Positions 8,137 through 16,558 of a stretch of 38,169 bases of DNA are shown piece by piece. Location of the stretch: NCBI GenBank assembly GCA_009925905.1, contig RFPZ01000002.1, positions 1-38,169 on the forward strand, read 5' to 3'. Source of the DNA: Candidatus Aquidulcis frankliniae. Lineage in GTDB: Bacteria; Chloroflexota; Limnocylindria; Limnocylindrales; Limnocylindraceae. Position 1 is the first letter of the stretch. Every line of letters begins with the position of its first letter. The notes below the pieces were generated by a model. It was not told the origin of the DNA, did no database searches, and saw only the letters and a list, made by a program, of their open reading frames with translations. The position numbers were made by a program, and so were the translations under genes.

Positions 8137-9194
8137 TGTAGGGAGCTTGATCGCGTCTCCATCACCAACGTTGGAAGCGCATCGCGCCAACCATCGCCCG
8201 CACGTGCAACAGCAACGACAAGGCCTTCACGAATGCCGCCGTGGTCAACAGTTACGATCCGAGCAGTCGTTCGCTGCAAGAGTGCCTCCACAATTGCAAT
8301 CCCTGCTGGGAGGAGTCTGGCTCGCCGCTGTGAAATTACGAAGCGCTCTGCAATCTCCTTTGCGGTGAGCGCCATGAGGAGCTCCCCCATCGCGGCAAGG
8401 TCTTCGCGATGAATGGTGCGATTGATCAGCGTGGCTGGAACGAGCTTGAGGAGTCGAGTGGCAGTACCACCCACCAAGATGAGGCGGTGAACATCAGCGA
8501 CGGTAAGGTCAGCGAGCGCAATTTGGGCATGTCGACGAAGCTCCTGCCACTCGCGCGCACGCGGTGGATCCTGATAGGAGACGCGCGCAAGGAGTCGCGC
8601 AGATCCAATCGAGACACCGATTGCTCGTGGCAACTCCCCAGGGTGAAGCTCCACAGCTTCGGTTGATCCGCCACCAATATCGACCACGAGCTGTGGCACT
8701 GAGTGGTCGTGCCCATGCTGAAGTCCCAAGACAGTGAGGAGTCCCTCCTCCTCGTGTGTTAGCACAACGGGGGCGCCGAACTTTGCTCCTTGGAGTGCTT
8801 TGAGGACGCCATCCTGGTCGCGCGCACGTCGGAATGGCTCCGTGGCAACAACAAACATCTGCTCAGCGCCCAACGTTGATGCTCGGCTTCGGAACGAAGA
8901 GAGGGCATCGCTGATCGCAGCGGTGGCCTTTCGCCCAATTGCCCGATCCTGCTCCACGAGCCGGCCGAGTTCAATGGGCATCGACTCGTCGGCAATCACC
9001 TCTTGGCGCACTCCGTCTGAAACCGCCACATACAGGTGGGTGGAGTTGGAACCGATATCAACCACGGCACACACCTGTGGGATTCCGGCCCGTGAGCTCC
9101 CCACTCGTCCAGAGCGCGGCTTCGGGGTCCGAGGGGCGCCCGCCGAACGCGGCCGCGCCGCGTGAACACTGCGTAAACGCTTCCCTGCCACCAT
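8133..9194 (-). CDS. ppx: Ppx/GppA-family exopolyphosphatase with Arg-rich N-terminal extension
   Basis: ASKHA-fold phosphate motifs VDIGSNSTHLYV and VVDIGGGSTE. Length is typical of short actinobacterial Ppx. TAGGAT-N6-ATG at the start. Confidence 0.88.
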   Translation of the reverse strand: MVAGKRLRSVHAARPRSAGAPRTPKPRSGRVGSSRAGIPQVCAVVDIGSNSTHLYVAVSDGVRQEVIADESMPIELGRLVEQDRAIGRKATAAISDALSSFRSRASTLGAEQMFVVATEPFRRARDQDGVLKALQGAKFGAPVVLTHEEEGLLTVLGLQHGHDHSVPQLVVDIGGGSTEAVELHPGELPRAIGVSIGSARLLARVSYQDPPRAREWQELRRHAQIALADLTVADVHRLILVGGTATRLLKLVPATLINRTIHREDLAAMGELLMALTAKEIAERFVISQRRARLLPAGIAIVEALLQRTTARIVTVDHGGIREGLVVAVARAGDGWRDALPTLVMETRSSSLH

Positions 9195-9200
9195 TCGCGC

Positions 9201-9206
9201 ATCCTA
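9201..9206 (-). promoter_or_regulatory. -10 box TAGGAT, 6 nt before ppx ATG (leaderless)
   Basis: Minus strand reads ggcTAGGATgcgcgaATG. Confidence 0.5.
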
Positions 9207-9245
9207 GCCGTGAACAGAGATTCCCTCTTGGCGGGGCTGGGGCGG

Positions 9246-9251
9246 TAGGAT
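9246..9251 (+). promoter_or_regulatory. -10 box TAGGAT for phoU (leadered, about 27-nt 5' UTR with GGAGG)
   Basis: gcggTAGGATgagagcc...ggaggggaaATG. Confidence 0.45.
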
Positions 9252-9284
9252 GAGAGCCAATTACTCAAGGAGTTCGGAGGGGAA

Positions 9285-10034
9285 ATGCCTACTGGAGACG
9301 AGCAGGGTCGAATTGAGAGCGAGATCCAAGAGATCCTCGCGCGCAGTGCAACAGACGGCGCTACCGCAGCGCCACAGGGTGCCAGAGAGCCACTCGACCG
9401 CGAACTTCGAATCATCAAAGAGACAGTTGTTCGCATGGGGAGCATGGCGGAGGCGGCGATCCGTGATGCCCTTGATGCCCTCGTCACTCACAATGCCGAG
9501 AAGGCACACGCCGTAATCATCGGCGACCGGAAGATTAATGATATGCAGCACGAGGTGATCACCGCGATCACCACTACGATTGCAACCCAGAGCCCAGTCG
9601 CCCGCGACCTGCGAAATCTCCTGATGATGAACCACGTTGTCTACGAGCTGGAGCGGATCGGCGACCATGCCGCCTCCGTCGCCAAGATCGCTGTACAGCT
9701 CGCCCCTGAGCCGGCGCTCCAGCGCTACCTCCACCTGCCTGAAATCGGTGAACTCGCAGCGACGCAGTTGCACGGGATCTTGATGGCGCTCGTTGACGTT
9801 GACCCCGCACGGGCTCGGGCTGTCGCGGTGAGCGACGACCAGATTGACTCCCTCTATCGTCAGTCCTTCGATGAGTGTGTTCGCCTAATGGAGGCTGACA
9901 AGTCAAACGTTGCCCGAGGAACTCGCCTCCTCTTTGCTGCGCACTATTTAGAGCGCATCGGCGATCGCACCACCAACATTGCCGAAGATATTGTCTACCT
10001 CGCCTCGGGAGAGGTTGAGGATCTCAATCCTTGA
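9285..10034 (+). CDS. phoU: phosphate signalling regulator PhoU
   Basis: Two PhoU repeats (YELERIGDHAASVAK and HYLERIGDRTTNIAEDIVY). GGAGG lies 5 nt upstream of the ATG. Confidence 0.92.
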   Translation: MPTGDEQGRIESEIQEILARSATDGATAAPQGAREPLDRELRIIKETVVRMGSMAEAAIRDALDALVTHNAEKAHAVIIGDRKINDMQHEVITAITTTIATQSPVARDLRNLLMMNHVVYELERIGDHAASVAKIAVQLAPEPALQRYLHLPEIGELAATQLHGILMALVDVDPARARAVAVSDDQIDSLYRQSFDECVRLMEADKSNVARGTRLLFAAHYLERIGDRTTNIAEDIVYLASGEVEDLNP

Positions 10035-10555
10035 GCCCAGATCGCACCTCCTCGGAGAACGAGACGAAGCGGCTCTATATCGTTCGTCACGCCGACGCCG
10101 GCGATCCAGCGGAATGGATCGGTCCCGATGCAGAGCGCCCGCTCAGTTCTAAGGGGGTGAAACAGGCCGCGCGTCTAGCGGCGGCGCTTGTCGCTGCTGG
10201 TACGAACGTTGGCACACTCCGGACATCACCCTCGCGGCGCTGCACCGAAACCTGCGCCGTGATTGCTGCTGCGCTGGGGACGACCGCCACAATCGATGAG
10301 AACCTCGCCGAAGGGCCAACTGCGACGCACGTTGCAAAGCTCCTCGCTCGACGCGGTAACGACGCTCTCCTCCTTGTTGGGCACCAACCACACCTTGGCA
10401 ACCTGATCGCCGAACTCACAGGTATCTCCTCGATCCCCGTTGAGAAGGGGTCCCTGATTCGCATCGACATTGCCGCCCCATACACACCAGGGAGCGGCCG
10501 CCTGATCGCGCTCGTTCCACCCTCGATCTTCCGCGCCCCGAAGAGCGAGCGCTAA
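10031..10555 (+). CDS. sixA: SixA-like phosphohistidine phosphatase (histidine phosphatase superfamily)
   Basis: RLYIVRHADAG (RH-x catalytic motif) and a later LLVGHQPHL (second His). About 170 aa. The TTG start overlaps the phoU TGA (TTGA). Confidence 0.75.
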   Translation: MSPDRTSSENETKRLYIVRHADAGDPAEWIGPDAERPLSSKGVKQAARLAAALVAAGTNVGTLRTSPSRRCTETCAVIAAALGTTATIDENLAEGPTATHVAKLLARRGNDALLLVGHQPHLGNLIAELTGISSIPVEKGSLIRIDIAAPYTPGSGRLIALVPPSIFRAPKSER

Positions 10556-11265
10556 CGCTTCGCCGCGCGAGCGGCGGTGAAGCCTTCACCCTCAACGCAG
10601 AGAGCGGTAAGGCGCGGATCGCTCGCCCATGCGGCACCCTGCACGTCTCGTATGGTCCATACAGCAACCTCAAGCCCTGCGTCGCGCCAGCGGCCGAGGC
10701 TCGCATCGCTCAACAGATCCATGGAGACTGAGAGGCCGACACAGCCAAGCGCATTCGCCTTATCCGCCTCAAGGGGGTCCTCAGCATTGAGCCAACGCGA
10801 CCAGGTCGGGGCACACTCTTCGACGCGCCGCAGGACTGCCGGCTGAAAGCTCGAGAGCACGATCCCATCCGCCGTTGCGCCACGCGCTTCGGAAATGGTG
10901 GCGAACAGGGCATCCGTTGGTAGTTCCTTAAGCTCAAGGTCGATCAACGTATTGGCGGGCATGGCGGCAAGGGCCTCACTAAGCGTTGGCACGCCAATCT
11001 CCGCCAGTTCCTGCACCGAGAGTTCAGAGACAGATCGTGGTATCCCGAAGAGCCGATCGAGCGTCTCGTCGTGCACGATGACCGCTGCACCCTCAGCACT
11101 GAATCGAACATCAAACTCAACGCCATCACACTCTCTCGCGCCCGCCACGAGTGCGGCAAGGCTGTTCTCGCGGAGCGTGGCATCATGCGCCCCACGATGC
11201 GCGAGAAGGAGTGGGCGATTGAGTACGTCACGCGCGCGACCGATCGCGCTGGGTTGAAGACTCAG
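10552..11265 (-). CDS. cytoplasmic glycerophosphodiester phosphodiesterase (GDPD family); start codon uncertain
   Basis: Motifs GVEFDVRFSAEGAAVIVHDETLDR and VAVWT. The canonical-start ORF is 10552..11148 (GTG), but the same open frame upstream encodes PLLLAHRGAHDATLRENSL, the catalytic HRG/EN motifs. I place the start at CTG 11265 (GGAG 7 nt upstream, overlapping the kinase TGA). See findings. Confidence 0.7.
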   Translation of the reverse strand: MSLQPSAIGRARDVLNRPLLLAHRGAHDATLRENSLAALVAGARECDGVEFDVRFSAEGAAVIVHDETLDRLFGIPRSVSELSVQELAEIGVPTLSEALAAMPANTLIDLELKELPTDALFATISEARGATADGIVLSSFQPAVLRRVEECAPTWSRWLNAEDPLEADKANALGCVGLSVSMDLLSDASLGRWRDAGLEVAVWTIRDVQGAAWASDPRLTALCVEGEGFTAARAAKR

Positions 11266-12476
11266 GAGGTTGCTCCAGCGGCAGGTAGGGTCATCGTGAA
11301 CGTGGTGCCGACGCCAGGCGTAGACGTAACGCTGATATCGCCACCGTGTCGAAGTACTGCATGTCGGGCAATCGCCAGGCCGAGACCGGTTCCACCACCG
11401 CCGACGGCGCCAGCGCCACCATCAACTCGCTCCACCGTATAGAAGCGTTCAAAGATACGCGAGAGATACGCACGATCAATGCCAATTCCGTGGTCAATTA
11501 CGGCGATCTGTGATCCACCATCATCGAGTCGGTCAATTTGCAACTCCACGCGCCCGCCCTCACGGCTGTACTTCACGGCGTTATGGACGAGGTTCGCGAC
11601 TGCCTGCCGGAGGCGATCACGGTCACCCGTAATCAGCAGTGGGCTTGTGCCGATGACATCGATGCCTCCACCATGCTGTGCCGCGACGGGGGCAAATCGC
11701 TGCGCAACCTCTTGGGCCAAGGCGACCAGGTCAAACTCCGCCTTCCGGAGGGGGATCTCACCAGCCTCAAGGGTGGCAAGGTCCAACATCTCGTCAGCCA
11801 TCTGTACGAGGTGGAGAACCTCGACCTCAATCTTCGCACTCCGGCTCGCTACACCTGCAACATCGCCCTTCGCGGCGGAACTGCCAATCGTTTCGGCGAG
11901 GAGGCGAATCGTTGAGAGCGGTGTACGCAACTCGTGCGAGAGGTTGTCAACGAACTCGGTTCTGATTTGCCGTAATCGACGAACCTCAGTAAGGTCCCGC
12001 AACACGAGCCATGCTCCCCCGTCACCATCGGGTGCCGCCACGACCGAGACGTAGCGGGCCTCATCGGAGTGCCCGAGTCGGCCGTCGCGGATGTCAATCT
12101 CACCGCGATGAACCTCTCCGGCAATCGCCTTTCGTGCAAGCTCCTCAAGCCGGAAGTCAACAGTCGCCTCAATCAGCGGCATGCCGCGGAACTGCACATC
12201 GCCACGGGCCAAAATCTCACCAGTGACTGGGCTTGCTGCACGAATAACCAGATCTGAGCCAACGCGAAGGATGGCGTCATCGGTCGCCTCCAAGAGGGCG
12301 TTCAGACGCTCTGAGCGCCGATCGGCGCGATCCCAGGCAACGTCGGCCCGACTGCTCTCTCGTGCTGCGCGGTCGGCCTCGGTTGCAACATCTTGCGCCG
12401 TGAAGCGGCGAGCGATGAGATAGGTTACCCCTGCGGAGATAAGTACCGTTGCGAGCCCGATGATGAAATCGGGCAT
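11262..12476 (-). CDS. senX3: SenX3/PhoR-type sensor histidine kinase (N-terminal TM anchor, cytoplasmic PAS, HisKA, HATPase)
   Basis: Motifs MPDFIIGLATVLISAGVTYLIA (TM), FVDNLSHELRTPLSTI (H-box), HNAVKYS, DHGIGI, GTGLGLAI. ATG 12476 shares one nt with the proS TGA. The ORF-track extension to 12689 lies inside proS. Confidence 0.85.
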   Translation of the reverse strand: MPDFIIGLATVLISAGVTYLIARRFTAQDVATEADRAARESSRADVAWDRADRRSERLNALLEATDDAILRVGSDLVIRAASPVTGEILARGDVQFRGMPLIEATVDFRLEELARKAIAGEVHRGEIDIRDGRLGHSDEARYVSVVAAPDGDGGAWLVLRDLTEVRRLRQIRTEFVDNLSHELRTPLSTIRLLAETIGSSAAKGDVAGVASRSAKIEVEVLHLVQMADEMLDLATLEAGEIPLRKAEFDLVALAQEVAQRFAPVAAQHGGGIDVIGTSPLLITGDRDRLRQAVANLVHNAVKYSREGGRVELQIDRLDDGGSQIAVIDHGIGIDRAYLSRIFERFYTVERVDGGAGAVGGGGTGLGLAIARHAVLRHGGDISVTSTPGVGTTFTMTLPAAGATS

Positions 12477-14260
12477 CAGACAGCTGGATGGGGGTCGCGT
12501 GCCGCGTGCCGCGGTGGATAGCCGCGCTTGAGCAGCTCCGCCTCGATGGCGGCACGGTCGCTCGCCTGCGCGGCAAGAATTGCGTCGAGCACTTCCGCGA
12601 TCGGAAGCACGTGGCGCTCCCCTGTTGCGCGACGGGTGACCTCTGCGCCGCCCGCCTCCAACGAGCGGGGCGAGATCGTAATCATCCAAGGGGCCCCGAT
12701 CAGTTCCGCATCGGCAAACTTCACGCCAGGTGTCTCGGTTCGATCGTCGACGAGCAGCTCGATGCCAGCAGCCTCCGCCTCCGCCTCAAGGGCGAACGCA
12801 ATCTCGGTCACCTTCGGATCCTTGTTCGCGCCAACGATCGCAACCTGCGCGTCAAACGGACTAATGGAGATCGGCCAGGAGAGGCCCTTTTCGTCGTGAT
12901 GCGCTTCGGCAATACAGGCCACGGCCCGTCCAACGCCAATCCCGTACGAGCCCATCACGATTGGATGCGAAACGCCAGCCTCATCGGCGTAGGTTGCGCC
13001 GAGCGCGCCGGTGTATCGCGTGCCGAGCTTGAAGATGTTTCCTACTTCGATGCCGTTCTCAATGCGCAACATGCCGCCGCAGGCGAGGCAGGCATCGCCG
13101 ACCTTTGCAGAAGCGATGTCGGCGACAGCGGTCGGTGTGTAGTCACGGCCAACATTGACCCCAGTGAGGTGATAGCCCGCCTTGTTTGCACCAGCCACCA
13201 TGTTGGAGGTTGAGGCAACCAGCTCATCCACGACCACGGTAGCGCCCGTGATACCGACGGGCGATGCGTACCCTGGCTCCATGCCGGCTGCACGGATCTC
13301 CTCTTCGCGTGCGGGTCGCAAGTCGCGAGCACCGATGGCATTCGTCAGCTTCGTCTCTTCGACCTCGTCGTCACCTCGCACGATCGCAACGATCAAGCGC
13401 CCATCACGATCAGCAAAGAAGACCGCCTTGGCGCATGTTGATGCGGGTACCTTGAGCTGCGCTGCGAGTTCGTCAATGGTTGAGGCACCTGGCGTGGCGA
13501 TCTCCTTGAGTGGCTCATGGGGTGCGCTCACTCCAGCTTCGCGCTTCACCACCGCAACCTGACGGTTTGCTGCGGCACCGCAACCATCACAGAGCACGAG
13601 GCTATCTTCACCAAACGGACTGAAGGCCATGAATTCGTGAGCGAGCGAGCCACCCATCATGCCAACGTCACTCGCGACCGCGATCGCCTTGAGTCCAAGA
13701 CGCGCAAAGATTCGCGTATATGCGTGGTAGTAGAGCTTGTAGGAGCGATCGAGGCCGGCCTCATCGCGGTCGGCGCTGTAGGCATCTTTCATGGTGAACT
13801 CGCGAACGCGAATTAGCCCGCCGCGCGCTCGTGGCTCGTCACGCCACTTTGTTTGGAAGTGGTACATCTGTTGTGGCAGCTGACGCCACGAGTTGATCAG
13901 CTTCCGAAGTAGATCGGTCACCACCTCTTCGTGCGTCATCGCCAAGACCATGTCGCGGCCGCCCCGGTCATTGAAGCGACCCATCTCTGGACCAATCTGG
14001 TCGTAGCGGCCCGTCTCGCGCCAGAGGTCGGCTGGGTGCACGACCGGCATCAGCATCTCCTGCGCACCGATGGCGTTCATCTCTTCGCGAATCACCTGGG
14101 TGACGCGCATATTCACGCGCATGCCGAGCGGCAGGAGCGAGTAGATCCCGGCACCAAGCGGTCGGATGTACCCAGCTCGGAGCAGGAGGCGATGGGAGGG
14201 CATCTCCGCGTCGGCGGGATCCTCTCGGAGGGTCGTAAAGAAGAGTTCGCTCATGCGCAT
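12476..14260 (-). CDS. proS: proline--tRNA ligase (bacterial type with editing insertion)
   Basis: N-terminus MSELFFTTLREDPADAEMPSHRLLLRAGYIR, class II motifs, a long INS domain and a C-terminal anticodon-binding domain. TAGGAT-N7-ATG at 14260. Confidence 0.95.
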   Translation of the reverse strand: MRMSELFFTTLREDPADAEMPSHRLLLRAGYIRPLGAGIYSLLPLGMRVNMRVTQVIREEMNAIGAQEMLMPVVHPADLWRETGRYDQIGPEMGRFNDRGGRDMVLAMTHEEVVTDLLRKLINSWRQLPQQMYHFQTKWRDEPRARGGLIRVREFTMKDAYSADRDEAGLDRSYKLYYHAYTRIFARLGLKAIAVASDVGMMGGSLAHEFMAFSPFGEDSLVLCDGCGAAANRQVAVVKREAGVSAPHEPLKEIATPGASTIDELAAQLKVPASTCAKAVFFADRDGRLIVAIVRGDDEVEETKLTNAIGARDLRPAREEEIRAAGMEPGYASPVGITGATVVVDELVASTSNMVAGANKAGYHLTGVNVGRDYTPTAVADIASAKVGDACLACGGMLRIENGIEVGNIFKLGTRYTGALGATYADEAGVSHPIVMGSYGIGVGRAVACIAEAHHDEKGLSWPISISPFDAQVAIVGANKDPKVTEIAFALEAEAEAAGIELLVDDRTETPGVKFADAELIGAPWMITISPRSLEAGGAEVTRRATGERHVLPIAEVLDAILAAQASDRAAIEAELLKRGYPPRHAARDPHPAV

Positions 14261-14267
14261 GAGGACA

Positions 14268-14273
14268 ATCCTA
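14268..14273 (-). promoter_or_regulatory. -10 box TAGGAT, 7 nt before proS ATG (leaderless)
   Basis: Minus strand reads gggTAGGATtgtcctcATG, in the 50-nt gap after regX3. Confidence 0.5.
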
Positions 14274-14310
14274 CCCGCGCGCGAGGCTCTCGTTCAGGAG
14301 GGCGTGCGGA

Positions 14311-15048
14311 TCAGGCTGGGCGACGAAGGACATAGCCGATCCCGCGAACGGTCTGGAGGGCGACCGGCTCGGCTGGAATCGCCTCCATGGCCTGGCGCAG
14401 GGCATGCATGTGCACGTCAACGGTGCGTGTCTCGCCGGCGTAGTCATAGCCCCACACCTTGTCGAGGAGCTGCTCACGGGTGTACACGCGGCCCGCATTC
14501 TCAATAAGGAATGCGAGGAGCTGGAAGGCCTTCGGCTTCAAGTGCACCACGACACCATCTCGTAGCACTCGCTGGCCTTCGAGGTCCACCTCCGCCTCGG
14601 CAATGCGGAGACGAGAGCCCACCGCTCCCGGGCTGGCCCCCACGTCGGCCCGGCGGAGTACCGCCTTAATCCGCGCAATAAGCTCTCGCGAAGAGAAGGG
14701 CTTGGTCACATAGTCATCAGCGCCGAGATCGAGACCGCTGATGCGATCGGTCTCGGATGCTTTGGCCGTCACCATGATGATCGGCACTCGGGAGCTTCGA
14801 CGAATCGATCGACAGACATCAATGCCACCCATCTCGGGGAGCATGAGATCGAGCAAAATCAGGTCGGGTGTTGCCGTGCGAAACGCTTCCAGCCCTGCCG
14901 CTCCGGTCTCGGCTTGGGTGACCAAAAATCCTTCGCTCGTCAGCGCATCGGCGAGCGCCTCGCGAAGGGCTCGCTCATCTTCGACCAGTAGGACCTTGAT
15001 CAATCGCTCGGACACCGCGTCACTCTGAGGGAGCGGTGTTATCGGCAT
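14311..15048 (-). CDS. regX3: OmpR-family response regulator, RegX3/PhoP-like
   Basis: VLLVEDE..LILLDLMLPEMGGIDVCRSIR..VPIIMVTAK.SETDRISGLDLGADDYVTKPFSSRELIARIKAVLRR aligns almost residue-for-residue with my memory of RegX3 and Streptomyces PhoP. C-terminal winged helix ends in GIGYVL. Confidence 0.88.
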   Translation of the reverse strand: MPITPLPQSDAVSERLIKVLLVEDERALREALADALTSEGFLVTQAETGAAGLEAFRTATPDLILLDLMLPEMGGIDVCRSIRRSSRVPIIMVTAKASETDRISGLDLGADDYVTKPFSSRELIARIKAVLRRADVGASPGAVGSRLRIAEAEVDLEGQRVLRDGVVVHLKPKAFQLLAFLIENAGRVYTREQLLDKVWGYDYAGETRTVDVHMHALRQAMEAIPAEPVALQTVRGIGYVLRRPA

Positions 15049-15055
15049 GTAAACG

Positions 15056-16558
15056 TTATTTGCCGCTCACCAGTGCAACGGCGGCATCGAGATGGGCTAG
15101 CACACGCGCACGACCGAGAAGGCGCATGCTGTCGAAGAGGGGCGGTGTCGCCGTTCGCCCGGTCACCGCAACGCGAAGCGCCATGAACAGGTCGCCCGAC
15201 TTCCAGCCCGAAGCCTCAGCGAGCGACCGAAGCTGCGCCTCGAGTGGATCTTCCGCGTCGAGAAGCGGTGCGTCTCCCTCACCAATCGCATCCGCGACCA
15301 GCGGACGCGCTGCGGTAAGTGCTTGCAGCGTGGTGAGGGCATCCCACCGCTTTGGCACCAACGCAGCACGATCGTGCTCGAGCTTCGTCGCAAACAGGAA
15401 ATCCGTAAGCGTGACCGCCGAAGAGAGAAGCGGGATGCGATCGCGAATGAGCGGGATAAGCGCAGCAACCTCCGCATCGGTCGCAGCCCGCTGCAGTGCG
15501 CCGCTTTCCGCTGCAGCCTGGTAGAAGGGGCGGAGCCTTACCAGCAGCTCTTCGTTGCTGAGACGTCGAATCCACTGACCGTTGAGCCACTCCAATCGGG
15601 TGCGGTCAAACACCGCGCCAGCCTTCTGCACATGCTCAAGGTTGAATCGCTCTTGCAGTTCGTCCATAGAGAGGACCTCATCTTCGCTCCCCGTTGACCA
15701 GCCGAGCAGCGCCAAGAAGTTCACGAGCGCCTCAACGAGGAATCCCTCGGCGCGATAGTCGGCGAGGGCGGTTTGGCTCTTGCGCTTGCTCATCTTGGTG
15801 CGATCTGGGTTCAGGATGAGCGGGAGGTGGGCAAACTTTGGAAGCGGCACGCCGAGCGCCTCAAAGAGAAGGATATGCTTCGGTGTGTTGGAGAGGTGGT
15901 CCTCGCCGCGAATGACGTGGGTGATTCCCATGTCAGCATCGTCAACCACCACGGTGAAGTGATAGAGCGGCGTGCCGTCGGCGCGTAGGATCACCAGGTC
16001 TCCGCCCAGGGCCTCGCTGTCAATCTCCACCCGCCCACGCACAAGGTCGTCGATCACCACCACGCCTGGCTTGATGCGGAAACGGAGCGCTGCCGACTCG
16101 CCTGCAGCGATTCGGGCAGCTGACGTCTCAGCAGGGATCTCAGCACAGCGACCTGAGTAGCGCGGTGGGAGTTTTGCCGCCTCGCGTGCTTTGCGCTCTG
16201 CCTCGAGATCGGCTGGTGTGCAGAAGCAGGGGTAGGTCAACCCTTTCGCGCGCAGCTCGTTTGCGACGGCGGTGTAGCGCTCGCTCCGTTCTGATTGTCG
16301 GTACGGACCCCGATCGCCGCGCTCCCCCTCTGCGACCACTCCCTCGTCGGCGGCGAGGCCGAGCCAGGCAAGCCCCGCAAGAATATCGGCCTCAAACTCC
16401 TTTGTGGAGCGTGCCGTGTCAGTGTCTTCGACGCGCACAATGTACGTGCCGCCATGGCGACGAGCAAAGAGCAGATTGAAGAGCGCGGTGCGTGCCGTAC
16501 CAATGTGGAACGGCCCAGTTGGGCTCGGCGCAATTCGAACTCGCACGGCATCACTCAT
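15056..16558 (-). CDS. gltX: glutamate--tRNA ligase
   Basis: RIAPSPTGPFHIGTARTALFN (HIGH) and KMSKRK (KMSKS). About 500 aa. Confidence 0.95.
   Translation of the reverse strand: MSDAVRVRIAPSPTGPFHIGTARTALFNLLFARRHGGTYIVRVEDTDTARSTKEFEADILAGLAWLGLAADEGVVAEGERGDRGPYRQSERSERYTAVANELRAKGLTYPCFCTPADLEAERKAREAAKLPPRYSGRCAEIPAETSAARIAAGESAALRFRIKPGVVVIDDLVRGRVEIDSEALGGDLVILRADGTPLYHFTVVVDDADMGITHVIRGEDHLSNTPKHILLFEALGVPLPKFAHLPLILNPDRTKMSKRKSQTALADYRAEGFLVEALVNFLALLGWSTGSEDEVLSMDELQERFNLEHVQKAGAVFDRTRLEWLNGQWIRRLSNEELLVRLRPFYQAAAESGALQRAATDAEVAALIPLIRDRIPLLSSAVTLTDFLFATKLEHDRAALVPKRWDALTTLQALTAARPLVADAIGEGDAPLLDAEDPLEAQLRSLAEASGWKSGDLFMALRVAVTGRTATPPLFDSMRLLGRARVLAHLDAAVALVSGK

Noticed and set aside
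9207-9245. Possible PHO box (GTTCAC core) in the ppx/phoU divergent region
   Set aside because: Only a single GTTCAC hexamer is present (minus strand, adjacent to the ppx -10). Actinobacterial PHO boxes, as I recall them, need at least two 11-nt direct repeat units, and the neighbouring 11 nt do not resemble a second unit.
9250-9516. 88-aa ORF starting inside the phoU promoter
   Set aside because: Its ATG overlaps the TAGGAT -10 hexamer. It runs out of frame across the phoU N-terminus, has no SD, and its translation is low-complexity.
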